Positions 8,101 to 16,373 are shown, counted from the first letter of the stretch. The stretch is 20,000 bases of DNA from an uncultured virus (IMG/VR IMGVR_UViG_3300011242_000004) (IMGVR_UViG_3300011242_000004), one strand, 5' to 3'. Numbers and translations are program-made. The notes: generated by a model from the letters alone, not told the origin.

Positions 8101-10071
8101 ATGTCTAACACTACTAACACTGCTATCTACAACGTCGCTACAGAAGCTGAAATCGCAAATTCTGTCGGCTTGCCAGAAATGTCAATGGAAGAAGCACGCT
8201 CATTGGCAATCAACGTCTTAAACAGCTCAATGGTGTTGGTTTCATCACAGGAAGCACGTAAGTTTGTCATGGCAGATAAAGAATCTGCACTTAAGCAAGT
8301 AGTTCTTCTCACGCAACAAAAGCTTCGTCTCAAATTCGGACCAAAGATGGACTTCTTCCACGGCGAAGTGGAAAAGGATATTGAATGGTTCCGTGCAACA
8401 GCTGACGAGTTGATTGCAAAAGGTGAGTTGCGTCTCATTCAAGATGTTGATTCTGACATCTTCATGTGGACTGAGAAAGCCCACAAGTTCACGTTCCAAA
8501 TCTTCAAAGGGAAACGTTTCCGTACGTCTCAGTTGATTGTCAAACTTCAGAATGAAGTCACTTTCCGTGATGTTCACAATGAAGCACTTGCTCGTGCAGA
8601 AGCACATGAGACACAGTACAAAAGCAATAAAATGCCGTTGCAACGTCCGGCTTATATTGCGGCTCAAAAAGGAGAAGAAGGTGTTCGTGTTGCACATCGT
8701 CATTCTTCAGTGCAATTGGCAACAGACTTCGCTGGTTTCATTCTTGAAGAGTTGAAAGTCAAGAAAGCAAGTCTTAAACGTTCAATGAACATGTTGAATG
8801 ATTTCATTGCTTTGAAAGACCGTTTTGAAATCTCTGACGATGAGCGTGCACGCTTGTCAGCAGAAGCTAGCACGTTGCTTTCTACTGCTAAAGTAGGGCT
8901 TGATGAAATTCAGTTGGAACGTGACAGCTATAATGAACGTGCACAAATCTTCATGGGTATGAAAACTGTCCATGATACGCATGACTTCAAAGTATTTGTG
9001 GCCAACGAGAAAGCGGCTGGTCGCAAAGTCAACATGGACAAAGCAAAACAACACTTTGCTCTTCCAGTTGGGAAAGTGCTTTGGAAACAAGCGACAGAGG
9101 GGATGCGCAACTCTGCTCGTCGTAAAGCGATGACAACGGCTGAGCTTGACCGTCTTGCTGAGATGAATCTATCTTATACGCAAGAAATGAAAGCACAGAC
9201 GCTTCAAACTGCTCAGAAACTTGAGAAAGAGTTGAAGATGTCAAATGCAACGATGAAATTGGCTATCATTGCCTATATCGATGCATACAACGCTGATAAA
9301 GAAGGTTTGGGCGGTCTCGCTTCAATGTGGGATACGTTCGAAGAAGGATTGTTGATGGCATTGGACGCAATGGCTACTCAAGGCCCTCTCGTTGAGTACA
9401 AACCATCTTCAGCAGAATTGTCGTTCTTCTTTGAACCTGCCATGAACGATATTACGACTATTGAGAAAGCGCATGCTGAATTAACAGCAATGAAAGTTCT
9501 CAACAAAGACGTTAATATCGTTACTGTTGATGGCGAAGTCGGCCTTCAACTTGATGCTGGTTTCTTCCCACTTGAAAAGCAAGAAAAGAAACTCAAGTGG
9601 TTGCCAGCAGGTCGTGACTATGTAGCAAAAGTAACACGCTACAAAAACACGGTCAAAACAGGGATTGCGATGGGGCTCTCAGATATCCGTGCCATCAATG
9701 TGCCTGAAGAAGAAGTGCAAGAAGCAGTCGTCGACCAAGTTGTCGATGGTTACACTGCTGATGCGGATTACGATTGGGCGCAAGAGCCAGCGCCTGATTA
9801 TATCGATGGTCTTTTCTTCGATAACTACGAAGAAGAAACTGTTGAAGCACCACAGCCTGTTGTTCTTGCTCCAACGGAAATCATCGTTGCGACGTTAGAA
9901 CGTAATACTGTTGAAGCTGTTCTTTCTCAACAGTATGAAATGGCAGTATCACCGCTTGGTACGCAAGTCTTCATGCTTCATAACGGACAGCGTATCTTGT
10001 CGTTCACGACGGATGTTCAATTGTCTTCGCTTGACGGTATGCGTCACGATGGCACGAACTTCGTCATCTGA
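8101..10071 (+). CDS. Large protein (656 aa), probable second (C-terminal) subunit of the split RNA polymerase
   Basis: AGGGG RBS. RPAYIAAQKG...HSSVQL (~182), AIIAYIDAY (~388) and SMWDTFEEGLL (~408) resemble the C-terminal motifs of RdRP/YonO enzymes. Acidic C-terminal linker. CDS is certain; function is inferred. Confidence 0.6.
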   Translation: MSNTTNTAIYNVATEAEIANSVGLPEMSMEEARSLAINVLNSSMVLVSSQEARKFVMADKESALKQVVLLTQQKLRLKFGPKMDFFHGEVEKDIEWFRATADELIAKGELRLIQDVDSDIFMWTEKAHKFTFQIFKGKRFRTSQLIVKLQNEVTFRDVHNEALARAEAHETQYKSNKMPLQRPAYIAAQKGEEGVRVAHRHSSVQLATDFAGFILEELKVKKASLKRSMNMLNDFIALKDRFEISDDERARLSAEASTLLSTAKVGLDEIQLERDSYNERAQIFMGMKTVHDTHDFKVFVANEKAAGRKVNMDKAKQHFALPVGKVLWKQATEGMRNSARRKAMTTAELDRLAEMNLSYTQEMKAQTLQTAQKLEKELKMSNATMKLAIIAYIDAYNADKEGLGGLASMWDTFEEGLLMALDAMATQGPLVEYKPSSAELSFFFEPAMNDITTIEKAHAELTAMKVLNKDVNIVTVDGEVGLQLDAGFFPLEKQEKKLKWLPAGRDYVAKVTRYKNTVKTGIAMGLSDIRAINVPEEEVQEAVVDQVVDGYTADADYDWAQEPAPDYIDGLFFDNYEEETVEAPQPVVLAPTEIIVATLERNTVEAVLSQQYEMAVSPLGTQVFMLHNGQRILSFTTDVQLSSLDGMRHDGTNFVI

Positions 10072-10077
10072 TTTAGG

Positions 10078-10106
10078 AAGGCCCTCTTCGGAGGGTCTTT
10101 TGTTTT
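10078..10106 (+). terminator. Intrinsic terminator
   Basis: AAGGCCCTC-TTCG-GAGGGTCTT followed by TTGTTTT. Confidence 0.8.
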
Positions 10107-10149
10107 GTTGTCTGTCACTCAATCCACATACAAAAAGGAGATTATTAAA

Positions 10150-11295
10150 ATGAAAATCCAAAACAAAGTAGCTCGTTATATCAACAACGTCAATGCAACT
10201 AACACTTCAGTCCAAATCAACAAAATGGTGAAGGCCATTGCATTGGCAGAGCGTGAGTTGGAACAAGCACGTCAAATGTTTGCCGATTTCACGGCACCAA
10301 CTCCACCGGCTCCAAAGAAATCCATTGTTCATTCTTCTAAAGGAACAATGACAACACAGTCTGAAGTTCATGCGCTTCTCATGGACACAGATAAAACAGT
10401 TGTAGCCGTTAAAGAAGCAGTCAAAGAAGAACCTGTGTACAAAGGTTTGGATTTGACACCGGCTCCAGCTACTCCTGAACCAACGGAGTACAAAGGCTTA
10501 GATTTATCCGCTCCAACTCCTGAGCCTGAGTATAAAGGACTTGATTTAACACCGGCTCCTAAACCAGCACCATTGGCGAAGGAAGTCCGGGAGAACATGG
10601 CAAAACCAGCACCAAAACCTGTACAACAGCCAGTCAATTCGAAGGCTGGTTTCTTGTCAGGCCCTGCTGAGTCTTCCAACGTGTTGAACAGTGCTATGCC
10701 AAGTCATAAGCACGACACGCTTAAATACGTCGAGAAGCTGAAGAAGTTTATCTTCTCTGGCATCATGAAACTTGCAGAAGCAGGGATTCGTGAGATTCGT
10801 GTCGCTGAGTTCTATGGCGTCGAATTGTTGACAGCGCTCGTCTGGCCTAGCGTGCTTGCGAAGTGTCCAGACATGGAGCTCATTCTCTATACAAATGAGA
10901 ATAAGAGCTTCAAGCAATACAAGACGGAAGAGTACGAGGCGACGTTCAAGATTCATTCGCCATACCGTCTGCAACAAGACTTGCGTCGACTGGCTAATAA
11001 AGTCGTTAAAGTCGAAGGCAATGCCTTTGCAGTACGCCGTGCTGTAGCAAAAGATACAGCCGGTTATGTGCGTATCTCTCCATTTGGTTTGGAGGATATC
11101 ACGACATCGTTATTCAGCAACAAGACGCTACGGGTGAACATTTGCCCATGGACGCTTGCTGTTGAAGTCGGTGGTGATTTACCTGCCCTCTCTCTTGCGG
11201 GAGATGGTGGGGATTACCGTCCACGCCAAATGGTAGCGGACGAAAAGTTGTTAGCGGCGGACACGTCAGACTATAAGGGCCTGACTCTTTCATAA
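10150..11295 (+). CDS. Hypothetical protein (381 aa) with Pro-rich linker and repeated YKGLDL motifs
   Basis: AAAGGAG RBS before ATG 10150; YKGLDL three times plus terminal YKGLTLS. Confidence 0.85.
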   Translation: MKIQNKVARYINNVNATNTSVQINKMVKAIALAERELEQARQMFADFTAPTPPAPKKSIVHSSKGTMTTQSEVHALLMDTDKTVVAVKEAVKEEPVYKGLDLTPAPATPEPTEYKGLDLSAPTPEPEYKGLDLTPAPKPAPLAKEVRENMAKPAPKPVQQPVNSKAGFLSGPAESSNVLNSAMPSHKHDTLKYVEKLKKFIFSGIMKLAEAGIREIRVAEFYGVELLTALVWPSVLAKCPDMELILYTNENKSFKQYKTEEYEATFKIHSPYRLQQDLRRLANKVVKVEGNAFAVRRAVAKDTAGYVRISPFGLEDITTSLFSNKTLRVNICPWTLAVEVGGDLPALSLAGDGGDYRPRQMVADEKLLAADTSDYKGLTLS

Positions 11296-11358
11296 GAGCC
11301 GGGCTTTTGCTTAACGTTGGCTATCAGGCCTTCGGCTAGGGGTTTTAACCCCTTACAA

Positions 11359-11380
11359 CCGGAGGCTTCCAGCCTTCTCT
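11359..11380 (+). promoter_or_regulatory. Degenerate copy of the hairpin motif, embedded in a longer stem-loop (11319-11374)
   Basis: CCGGAGGCTTCCAGCCTTCTCT; lacks the TGATT element. Confidence 0.4.
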
Positions 11381-11409
11381 TGCGGTATCACTACTAGAAA
11401 GGAGTGACG

Positions 11410-11646
11410 ATGATGTCACGAGAATTTATTGTTTCTTTGTTACGCTTAGTATTACCGTACCCATTACACTGGTACGAAAGTAAGTCCTTGCACCAATTGA
11501 ACGGAATCTACACGGAATACCGGGGAGCCATTTCCCGGAAACGTGTACAGTTGGCATTTGAAGCCGATGACCGCCGTTTAAAAGAAAAACTGAAGAAAAC
11601 ACCATTCGTTCCTCCGAAAGAGGACAATGGGTTGCCCTTCTTTTAG
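11410..11646 (+). CDS. Small hypothetical protein (78 aa) ending EDNGLPFF
   Basis: AAAGGAG RBS, ATG 11410. Confidence 0.8.
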   Translation: MMSREFIVSLLRLVLPYPLHWYESKSLHQLNGIYTEYRGAISRKRVQLAFEADDRRLKEKLKKTPFVPPKEDNGLPFF

Positions 11647-11666
11647 GGCAAGTTCAAAAACAAAGG

Positions 11667-11696
11667 GCGGAGGACTCCGTCCTTCTTTTGTTGATT
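11667..11696 (+). promoter_or_regulatory. Repeated hairpin motif copy 1 (putative phage RNAP promoter/terminator)
   Basis: GCGGAGGACTCCGTCCTTCTTTTGTTGATT; TGATT starts 25 nt after the first G. Confidence 0.7.
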
Positions 11697-12060
11697 CAAT
11701 GAGGGGAACTTGATTCCAACCAACAGCTCAACTGGTCCTTCGGGATAGAGCCTTCACACCTCATTGAATTGCACCAACATGCAGGTGAAGGTTCTCGCTT
11801 TCCCCCTACTGTCCAGTGGGGGGTTGCGTCATGAGAGCGGTGAACACTTCCGTCTTTGGACATATCCAGCGCTACCCTGATGGGTTCTGGAGAAAAGACG
11901 GTCGTATTACTTCCTACTTGGTAGGAGCACGACATCAGGTCTCCTTTTTGTCCTACCGGATAGGGGATTCGTATTCTATGCGTCGCACAGGGGTGTGCAA
12001 AGTCATAGATAGTAGGTGTTATGTAGCGCGGAGGCTTACCCAACCTCCGGCACATAGCAA
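11694..12060 (+). ncRNA. Putative ~370-nt structured non-coding RNA, family not recognised
   Basis: Perfect 11-bp stem 11694-11704/11759-11769 is crossed by an 11-bp stem 11747-11757/11785-11795 (pseudoknot). Also a cUUCGg hairpin and at least six further consecutive stems. No RBS-supported ORF. Confidence 0.7.
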
Positions 12061-12075
12061 ATACATAGTTAGAAG

Positions 12076-12106
12076 GCGGAGGCCTCCGGGCCTTCTTCTC
12101 TTGATT
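12076..12106 (+). promoter_or_regulatory. Repeated hairpin motif copy 2
   Basis: GCGGAGGCCTCCGGGCCTTCTTCTCTTGATT (spacing 26). Confidence 0.7.
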
Positions 12107-12132
12107 CTATTACATGCAAAGGGGAGATTGAC

Positions 12133-12411
12133 ATGAAAGAAATGAAACTCACGCAATTGGACGAAAGTAAAGCACGTAAGCTTTTACCTGAAGAAATAGC
12201 GGAACTCGATAACGCTGTTGAGAATCATCAAACGATATCGGAACTCAAAGTCATGCATTCGAATGCTGGGTATTATCTAGGGCATACGATTGACCAAGAA
12301 ATTGATGGTCAAGTATTTGAAATGCCTTGGGACCGCGTGACCGACTACTATAAAACGAAAGAAAAAGCGGAGCAAGCGCTTCGGTTCGAACAACTGCATC
12401 AACAAGACTAA
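12133..12411 (+). CDS. Hypothetical phage protein (92 aa)
   Basis: AAAGGGGAG RBS; motif SNAGYYLG...PWDRVTDYY. Confidence 0.85.
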   Translation: MKEMKLTQLDESKARKLLPEEIAELDNAVENHQTISELKVMHSNAGYYLGHTIDQEIDGQVFEMPWDRVTDYYKTKEKAEQALRFEQLHQQD

Positions 12412-12413
12412 AA

Positions 12414-12444
12414 GCGGAGGGCTCCGGCCCTTCTTTCTTTGATT
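12414..12444 (+). promoter_or_regulatory. Repeated hairpin motif copy 3
   Basis: GCGGAGGGCTCCGGCCCTTCTTTCTTTGATT (spacing 26). Confidence 0.7.
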
Positions 12445-12473
12445 ACAACTTTATATGAAAAGGAGCGATTCAC

Positions 12474-12803
12474 ATGTATGAACAAATTGAACGGGAAGTC
12501 GAAATGGACAAATTCTTCCGTCGGGGGAAATACTCAACGAACGTTAACCCGGCGACTGGTGAATTCATCGAGCAACCAGTACTTTCAGCGGATAAGCCTC
12601 ACCGCTGTCATGTCATCAAACGGCTATGCCCGAAAATGACGATGAACACGGATATGGCTACCATCACGCAAGATGTGAAGTTGGCTTATCAAGGAAAACA
12701 GTTTTGGCATACGATTGAACTTGAGACATGTAAACGGGAAGATGTTGCTCGTGTGTATCAACAACATGCTCAACGTTGGCGCCTAGAGGAGGAAAGCAAA
12801 TGA
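12474..12803 (+). CDS. Hypothetical protein (109 aa)
   Basis: AAAGGAG RBS. Confidence 0.8.
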   Translation: MYEQIEREVEMDKFFRRGKYSTNVNPATGEFIEQPVLSADKPHRCHVIKRLCPKMTMNTDMATITQDVKLAYQGKQFWHTIELETCKREDVARVYQQHAQRWRLEEESK

Positions 12804-12979
12804 ACGACCAATTGCTTTTCTTCATGATGGCATCCATGTATCTCGTCTTTTGTGCGTACGTTGTTGGTATCGCGTATATCGCGCGGTACCTTCTGCTTCG
12901 TAATCATTTCAAGTTAGCCTTCTCTAGTTTCTTCGTCGGTGTCGGCGGTCTTATCTTCGTTTTAAATACATTATTCTAA
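12800..12979 (+). CDS. Small membrane protein (59 aa, two hydrophobic segments)
   Basis: GGAGG RBS; ATGA overlap with the previous stop. Confidence 0.75.
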   Translation: MNDQLLFFMMASMYLVFCAYVVGIAYIARYLLLRNHFKLAFSSFFVGVGGLIFVLNTLF

Positions 12980-12990
12980 GGGAGCGATTC

Positions 12991-13179
12991 ATGATGAAAA
13001 AGGTTGGTAAAGTATTACTTAAAGGTGCGATTCTCTATACGTTTGCGATGTATGTCGCCGCCATTAACATCGTCGCTGAAAAACGGAAGACCGACGCTCA
13101 GATTGATAAGCTCACGAAACAATACGAAGCAAGCCAAGCTGGTTTTAAAAAGACACTTAAACAATTGGGGGCTATCTAA
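12991..13179 (+). CDS. Small membrane-anchored protein (62 aa)
   Basis: AAGGGAG RBS; N-terminal hydrophobic helix. Confidence 0.75.
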   Translation: MMKKVGKVLLKGAILYTFAMYVAAINIVAEKRKTDAQIDKLTKQYEASQAGFKKTLKQLGAI

Positions 13180-13454
13180 TGAAATACTTTGATATGCATT
13201 ATAGTATTATTGTAGACCGTCCGCTCGTTGCTGTTTTGCTTAAAAATGGTCAGCGCGGGGTATTCGTTAATAACAATATCTCGTGCATTAACGACTTCGA
13301 TTTCGAGAAGCGTGTCCTCAGCCGTCGTTCGATTGCCGGGAACGTCGATACACGCTACAAGTCTCTTGATGAGGCCGTCGCGGAATATAATGAATCATGT
13401 ATTGAAAGCAAACGTATCATTTCATTCGATATCCTAGAGGAGGCAACAGCATGA
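13179..13454 (+). CDS. Hypothetical protein (91 aa)
   Basis: TAATG coupling with the previous gene; GGGGG RBS. Confidence 0.75.
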   Translation: MKYFDMHYSIIVDRPLVAVLLKNGQRGVFVNNNISCINDFDFEKRVLSRRSIAGNVDTRYKSLDEAVAEYNESCIESKRIISFDILEEATA

Positions 13455-13738
13455 ACACTATCATCCAACCTACTACTACGATTAAACCTCTCCGTCATGA
13501 AGATACGACGGAGACACGCAACTATATCAACATCTATAAAGATGGTGTCCTCTATGAGGGCATCACCGCGATTCGTCAAACGTCTTTTGATAATAATGGA
13601 CATCGTCTTTATGAAGTCTCAGTTGACCCGGAGAAAAAGGTCTTTTACAAACTTCCGTATAGCTTCGATATTCCCTATGAGTTCGAAGGCAAGGACTTAA
13701 ACATGATGATTACGCACGCACGGTTTAAACAACACTGA
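13451..13738 (+). CDS. Hypothetical protein (95 aa)
   Basis: GAGGAGG RBS; ATGA overlap. Confidence 0.8.
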   Translation: MNTIIQPTTTIKPLRHEDTTETRNYINIYKDGVLYEGITAIRQTSFDNNGHRLYEVSVDPEKKVFYKLPYSFDIPYEFEGKDLNMMITHARFKQH

Positions 13739-13762
13739 GGGCCTTCGGGCTCTCTTTTTTTT
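13737..13762 (+). terminator. Intrinsic terminator
   Basis: GAGGGCC-TTCG-GGCTCTC followed by T8. Confidence 0.8.
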
Positions 13763-13813
13763 ATGGACACACATCTCCAGTGGGAACACACATTCAGAAG
13801 GGAGACATATCCA

Positions 13814-14014
13814 ATGTCTACAGTCAGTCTTATTGCCAACCTCATTATTTTTCTCTCCACCCTCTACACCTTATTCTTTTATATTCGTGCCCGTCGGGTT
13901 GTATCAACACATGGAGAAACAGATGCGCGCGTTCGCACTCTCCGTGAAACCAAGAACTACTTCATGATTTGTATCTCTTATTCTGTATTAGTCATTGTGC
14001 TTCAGTTCTTTTAA
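13814..14014 (+). CDS. Small membrane protein (66 aa)
   Basis: AAGGGAG RBS before ATG 13814; two hydrophobic segments. Confidence 0.7.
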   Translation: MSTVSLIANLIIFLSTLYTLFFYIRARRVVSTHGETDARVRTLRETKNYFMICISYSVLVIVLQFF

Positions 14015-14024
14015 AAGATAAAAG

Positions 14025-14054
14025 GCGGAGGCCTCCGGCCCTCTTTTCATGATT
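14025..14054 (+). promoter_or_regulatory. Repeated hairpin motif copy 4
   Basis: GCGGAGGCCTCCGGCCCTCTTTTCATGATT (spacing 25). Confidence 0.7.
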
Positions 14055-14098
14055 CTCAGCGTCTGTAGCCATTCACCTTATAGAAAGGAAGATTATCC

Positions 14099-14404
14099 AT
14101 GGAAGAACAAATCTACGCCTATCAGCACATCCTTAGACACACATCCAAGTTCGATGAAATCACTGTCGGGTTAGCCTCTGTCGTCAACGGACTCGTCAAT
14201 GACCTCATTGCCAAGAATCAGGACTTCATTCGTATGAACAGTGAACAGCGGTTGTATTCAGCTATTGCCAAAGCTCGTATCTTAGAAATGCAATTGGCAT
14301 ACACGATTGATTACAGTCATACGCCGTTGCTTCCAGAGATTCTTCCGCTCGACCCTATCAAGGTCAATGCGCTACAGGAAGAATACGAAGCCCAGTTCCA
14401 ATAA
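14099..14404 (+). CDS. Hypothetical protein (101 aa)
   Basis: AAAGGAAG RBS. Confidence 0.8.
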   Translation: MEEQIYAYQHILRHTSKFDEITVGLASVVNGLVNDLIAKNQDFIRMNSEQRLYSAIAKARILEMQLAYTIDYSHTPLLPEILPLDPIKVNALQEEYEAQFQ

Positions 14405-14445
14405 GAGCCTTCCGGCTCTTACATACCTTAAAGGAGGAGATACTA

Positions 14446-14844
14446 ATGAATGCTTCAAACCGTCTGTTTCATTTAGCACAAGATGCTCTCACCAAACAAA
14501 AAGTCAGCGAGAGAGCCTACTCGATTGCACAAGACTTCATCAAACAAGCAGAGTGGTATGCAAGTAGAGGAGATGACAGTACCGCCTTTATTTGTGACGA
14601 AGAACAGAACTTCAGTGGCTCTCTAACTGAAATTAAAGAGTTGTTGTCTGAAGTCCGAAAAGTTCTTTCCAACGAAGGATTCAAGACGACTTCCTACATG
14701 CACCCTTCTATTATGCAACCGGTCTTGCGAATACATTGGGCGCAACCGAAAGAAAACAGTACATTCGTTATACATGCGGAAACTAAAGATGGAGTAGAAG
14801 CCATCCACCATATGCTTAAGTTTTTACCTGAACTAATCAACTAA
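14446..14844 (+). CDS. Hypothetical protein (132 aa), paralog of the next gene
   Basis: AGGAGG RBS; shares LAQ(D/E)A and L(R/H)I(H/N)WA.P motifs with 14861..15220. Confidence 0.85.
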   Translation: MNASNRLFHLAQDALTKQKVSERAYSIAQDFIKQAEWYASRGDDSTAFICDEEQNFSGSLTEIKELLSEVRKVLSNEGFKTTSYMHPSIMQPVLRIHWAQPKENSTFVIHAETKDGVEAIHHMLKFLPELIN

Positions 14845-14860
14845 ACAGGAGGAGATACTA

Positions 14861-15220
14861 ATGAAAAACGCACAGATGATGTACAAACTCGCGCAGGAAG
14901 CGAAAGCAGAAGAAAAACGGGCAGAGGTCATCAACGCCATCACATTCAAAATCGGTGATATCATCCAAAGCCACGCGAAGAAAGGATTCACGGACATCCG
15001 CATCTCCACAGACAACATGGGCTTTAACCACGACTTCATGTTGAACATGAACAACGTCCACGAACTCATGGCTCATATCAGACAGTTCGGATACGAGGTC
15101 CGTCTTCTGTTGATGGCAGACACCAACGAAATGATTCTTCACATCAACTGGGCTCCGAACCCATTCGAAGAAATGCGTAGAAACTTCGGCAATCCACTTG
15201 ACCTAGACCCTCATTATTAA
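14861..15220 (+). CDS. Hypothetical protein (119 aa), paralog of the previous gene
   Basis: AGGAGG RBS; identical 19-nt initiation region to the previous gene. Confidence 0.85.
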   Translation: MKNAQMMYKLAQEAKAEEKRAEVINAITFKIGDIIQSHAKKGFTDIRISTDNMGFNHDFMLNMNNVHELMAHIRQFGYEVRLLLMADTNEMILHINWAPNPFEEMRRNFGNPLDLDPHY

Positions 15221-15229
15221 AACCGAAGA

Positions 15230-15259
15230 GCGGAGGGCTCCGCCCCTCTTCTCTTGATT
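15230..15259 (+). promoter_or_regulatory. Repeated hairpin motif copy 5
   Basis: GCGGAGGGCTCCGCCCCTCTTCTCTTGATT (spacing 25). Confidence 0.7.
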
Positions 15260-15277
15260 ATGAAAGGAGTGATAGCT

Positions 15278-15778
15278 TTGAAAATTGGTGTCATCGGCAT
15301 GCGTATGCGGAAACACCATCCGTACTATAACCGCAACAGTCCGAAGCTTGATGAAATTTGGAAGTGGCAGGAACAGCACTTGAAAGTCTTAGCGAAAGAA
15401 GGGCATACCTTCTTAATCGGGTGTGCCGACCATTGGGACGCCCGTGCCATGAAATGGTTGTACTACAACGGTCACGCCGACCAGATTCAATTGATTCTTC
15501 CGTTCCCGGGCTTTGGCTCGAAACAAGGGAAGGATTGGCGCACCGTCCGGGAACAACTCGAACACAGAGGACAAGCCACGTATGTCCATCAACAAAGTAC
15601 GTCCGATGAATATCAAATGCTCAACCAACGCAATCGTACCCTTATCAAGGAAAGCGATTGGGTGCTATGGCTATGGGACGGCACACAGACCGACGCCTAT
15701 AGTCATTTAATCTTGAACAAGAAACCGGGCTACTTCTTCCCATGGAAGGAATACGCCCAAAGCCATCAAACGGTTTAA
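15278..15778 (+). CDS. SLOG-superfamily protein (YspA/DUF1273-like)
   Basis: AAAGGAG RBS, TTG start. KIGVIGMR, GCADHWDARA, LILPFPG and RNRTLIKESDWVLWLWDG follow the DUF1273/YspA motif order. Confidence 0.7.
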   Translation: MKIGVIGMRMRKHHPYYNRNSPKLDEIWKWQEQHLKVLAKEGHTFLIGCADHWDARAMKWLYYNGHADQIQLILPFPGFGSKQGKDWRTVREQLEHRGQATYVHQQSTSDEYQMLNQRNRTLIKESDWVLWLWDGTQTDAYSHLILNKKPGYFFPWKEYAQSHQTV

Positions 15779-15828
15779 GCTTACTCATCGTCCATAACTC
15801 AATCATATACTAAAAGGAGACTACTACT

Positions 15829-16197
15829 ATGACTACATCTATTAAACACTTTAACTTCGAGGATACTATGACAATTGAAGGGCAAGGCGTCGTCATCGGC
15901 GCAACCCCTGCTGTCCTCTCTAAAATCAAGGAGTTCGGTCTAAGCGTCTATGAAATCGTAGCGGACTTACAACTCACTGCACCGGAAGCGTTCGACCTTC
16001 CGAACATGACGAACTATGCGGTTATGAATCCGTTCATGGATACGTGCATCCTCGCTAAAGTCTATAGCGACGGCGACAACATCTGCATTGACGCCTTCGA
16101 TGTACGGAACCATATCCCATACGGAAACGTTCGCAATGACGGCACGCAAGGGTATCGCTTAGGCGCTATCCAGAAAGTCTTCACTGTGGTGCAATGA
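15829..16197 (+). CDS. Hypothetical protein (122 aa)
   Basis: AAAGGAG RBS. Confidence 0.85.
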   Translation: MTTSIKHFNFEDTMTIEGQGVVIGATPAVLSKIKEFGLSVYEIVADLQLTAPEAFDLPNMTNYAVMNPFMDTCILAKVYSDGDNICIDAFDVRNHIPYGNVRNDGTQGYRLGAIQKVFTVVQ

Positions 16198-16301
16198 TGA
16201 AACGTAGACATCCGCATTACCACGATATCATGGAAGATATCAGTATCGCCGTCGGCTTATTGTCGATGGCATACTTTACCTTATCGTTCGCATTCCATTA
16301 A
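16194..16301 (+). CDS. Putative 35-aa hydrophobic peptide (not in the ORF track)
   Basis: ATGA overlap with the previous stop; MMKRRHPHYHDIMEDISIAVGLLSMAYFTLSFAFH; fills the gap up to the next motif. Confidence 0.5.
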   Translation: MMKRRHPHYHDIMEDISIAVGLLSMAYFTLSFAFH

Positions 16302-16311
16302 AAACCAAAAA

Positions 16312-16336
16312 GCGGAGGGCTCCGCCCCTCTTCTTA
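16312..16336 (+). promoter_or_regulatory. Repeated hairpin motif copy 6 (no TGATT)
   Basis: GCGGAGGGCTCCGCCCCTCTTCTTA. Confidence 0.6.
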
Positions 16337-16373
16337 TAGGGCTTACTACTTGAATTCAGAGAGGAAGATATCC

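Noticed and set aside
6900..10977. Overlapping short alternative-frame and antisense ORFs within the large genes
   Set aside because: No RBS; expected by-products of the codon bias of the main genes.
11694..11795. HDV-like ribozyme for the 5' pseudoknot
   Set aside because: No P3/L3 hairpin between the second stem's 5' strand and the first stem's 3' strand, and no catalytic J4/2 segment.
11816..12136. 106-aa ORF (and antisense 11696..12055)
   Set aside because: No RBS, atypical composition, runs through a motif copy; better explained as structured RNA.
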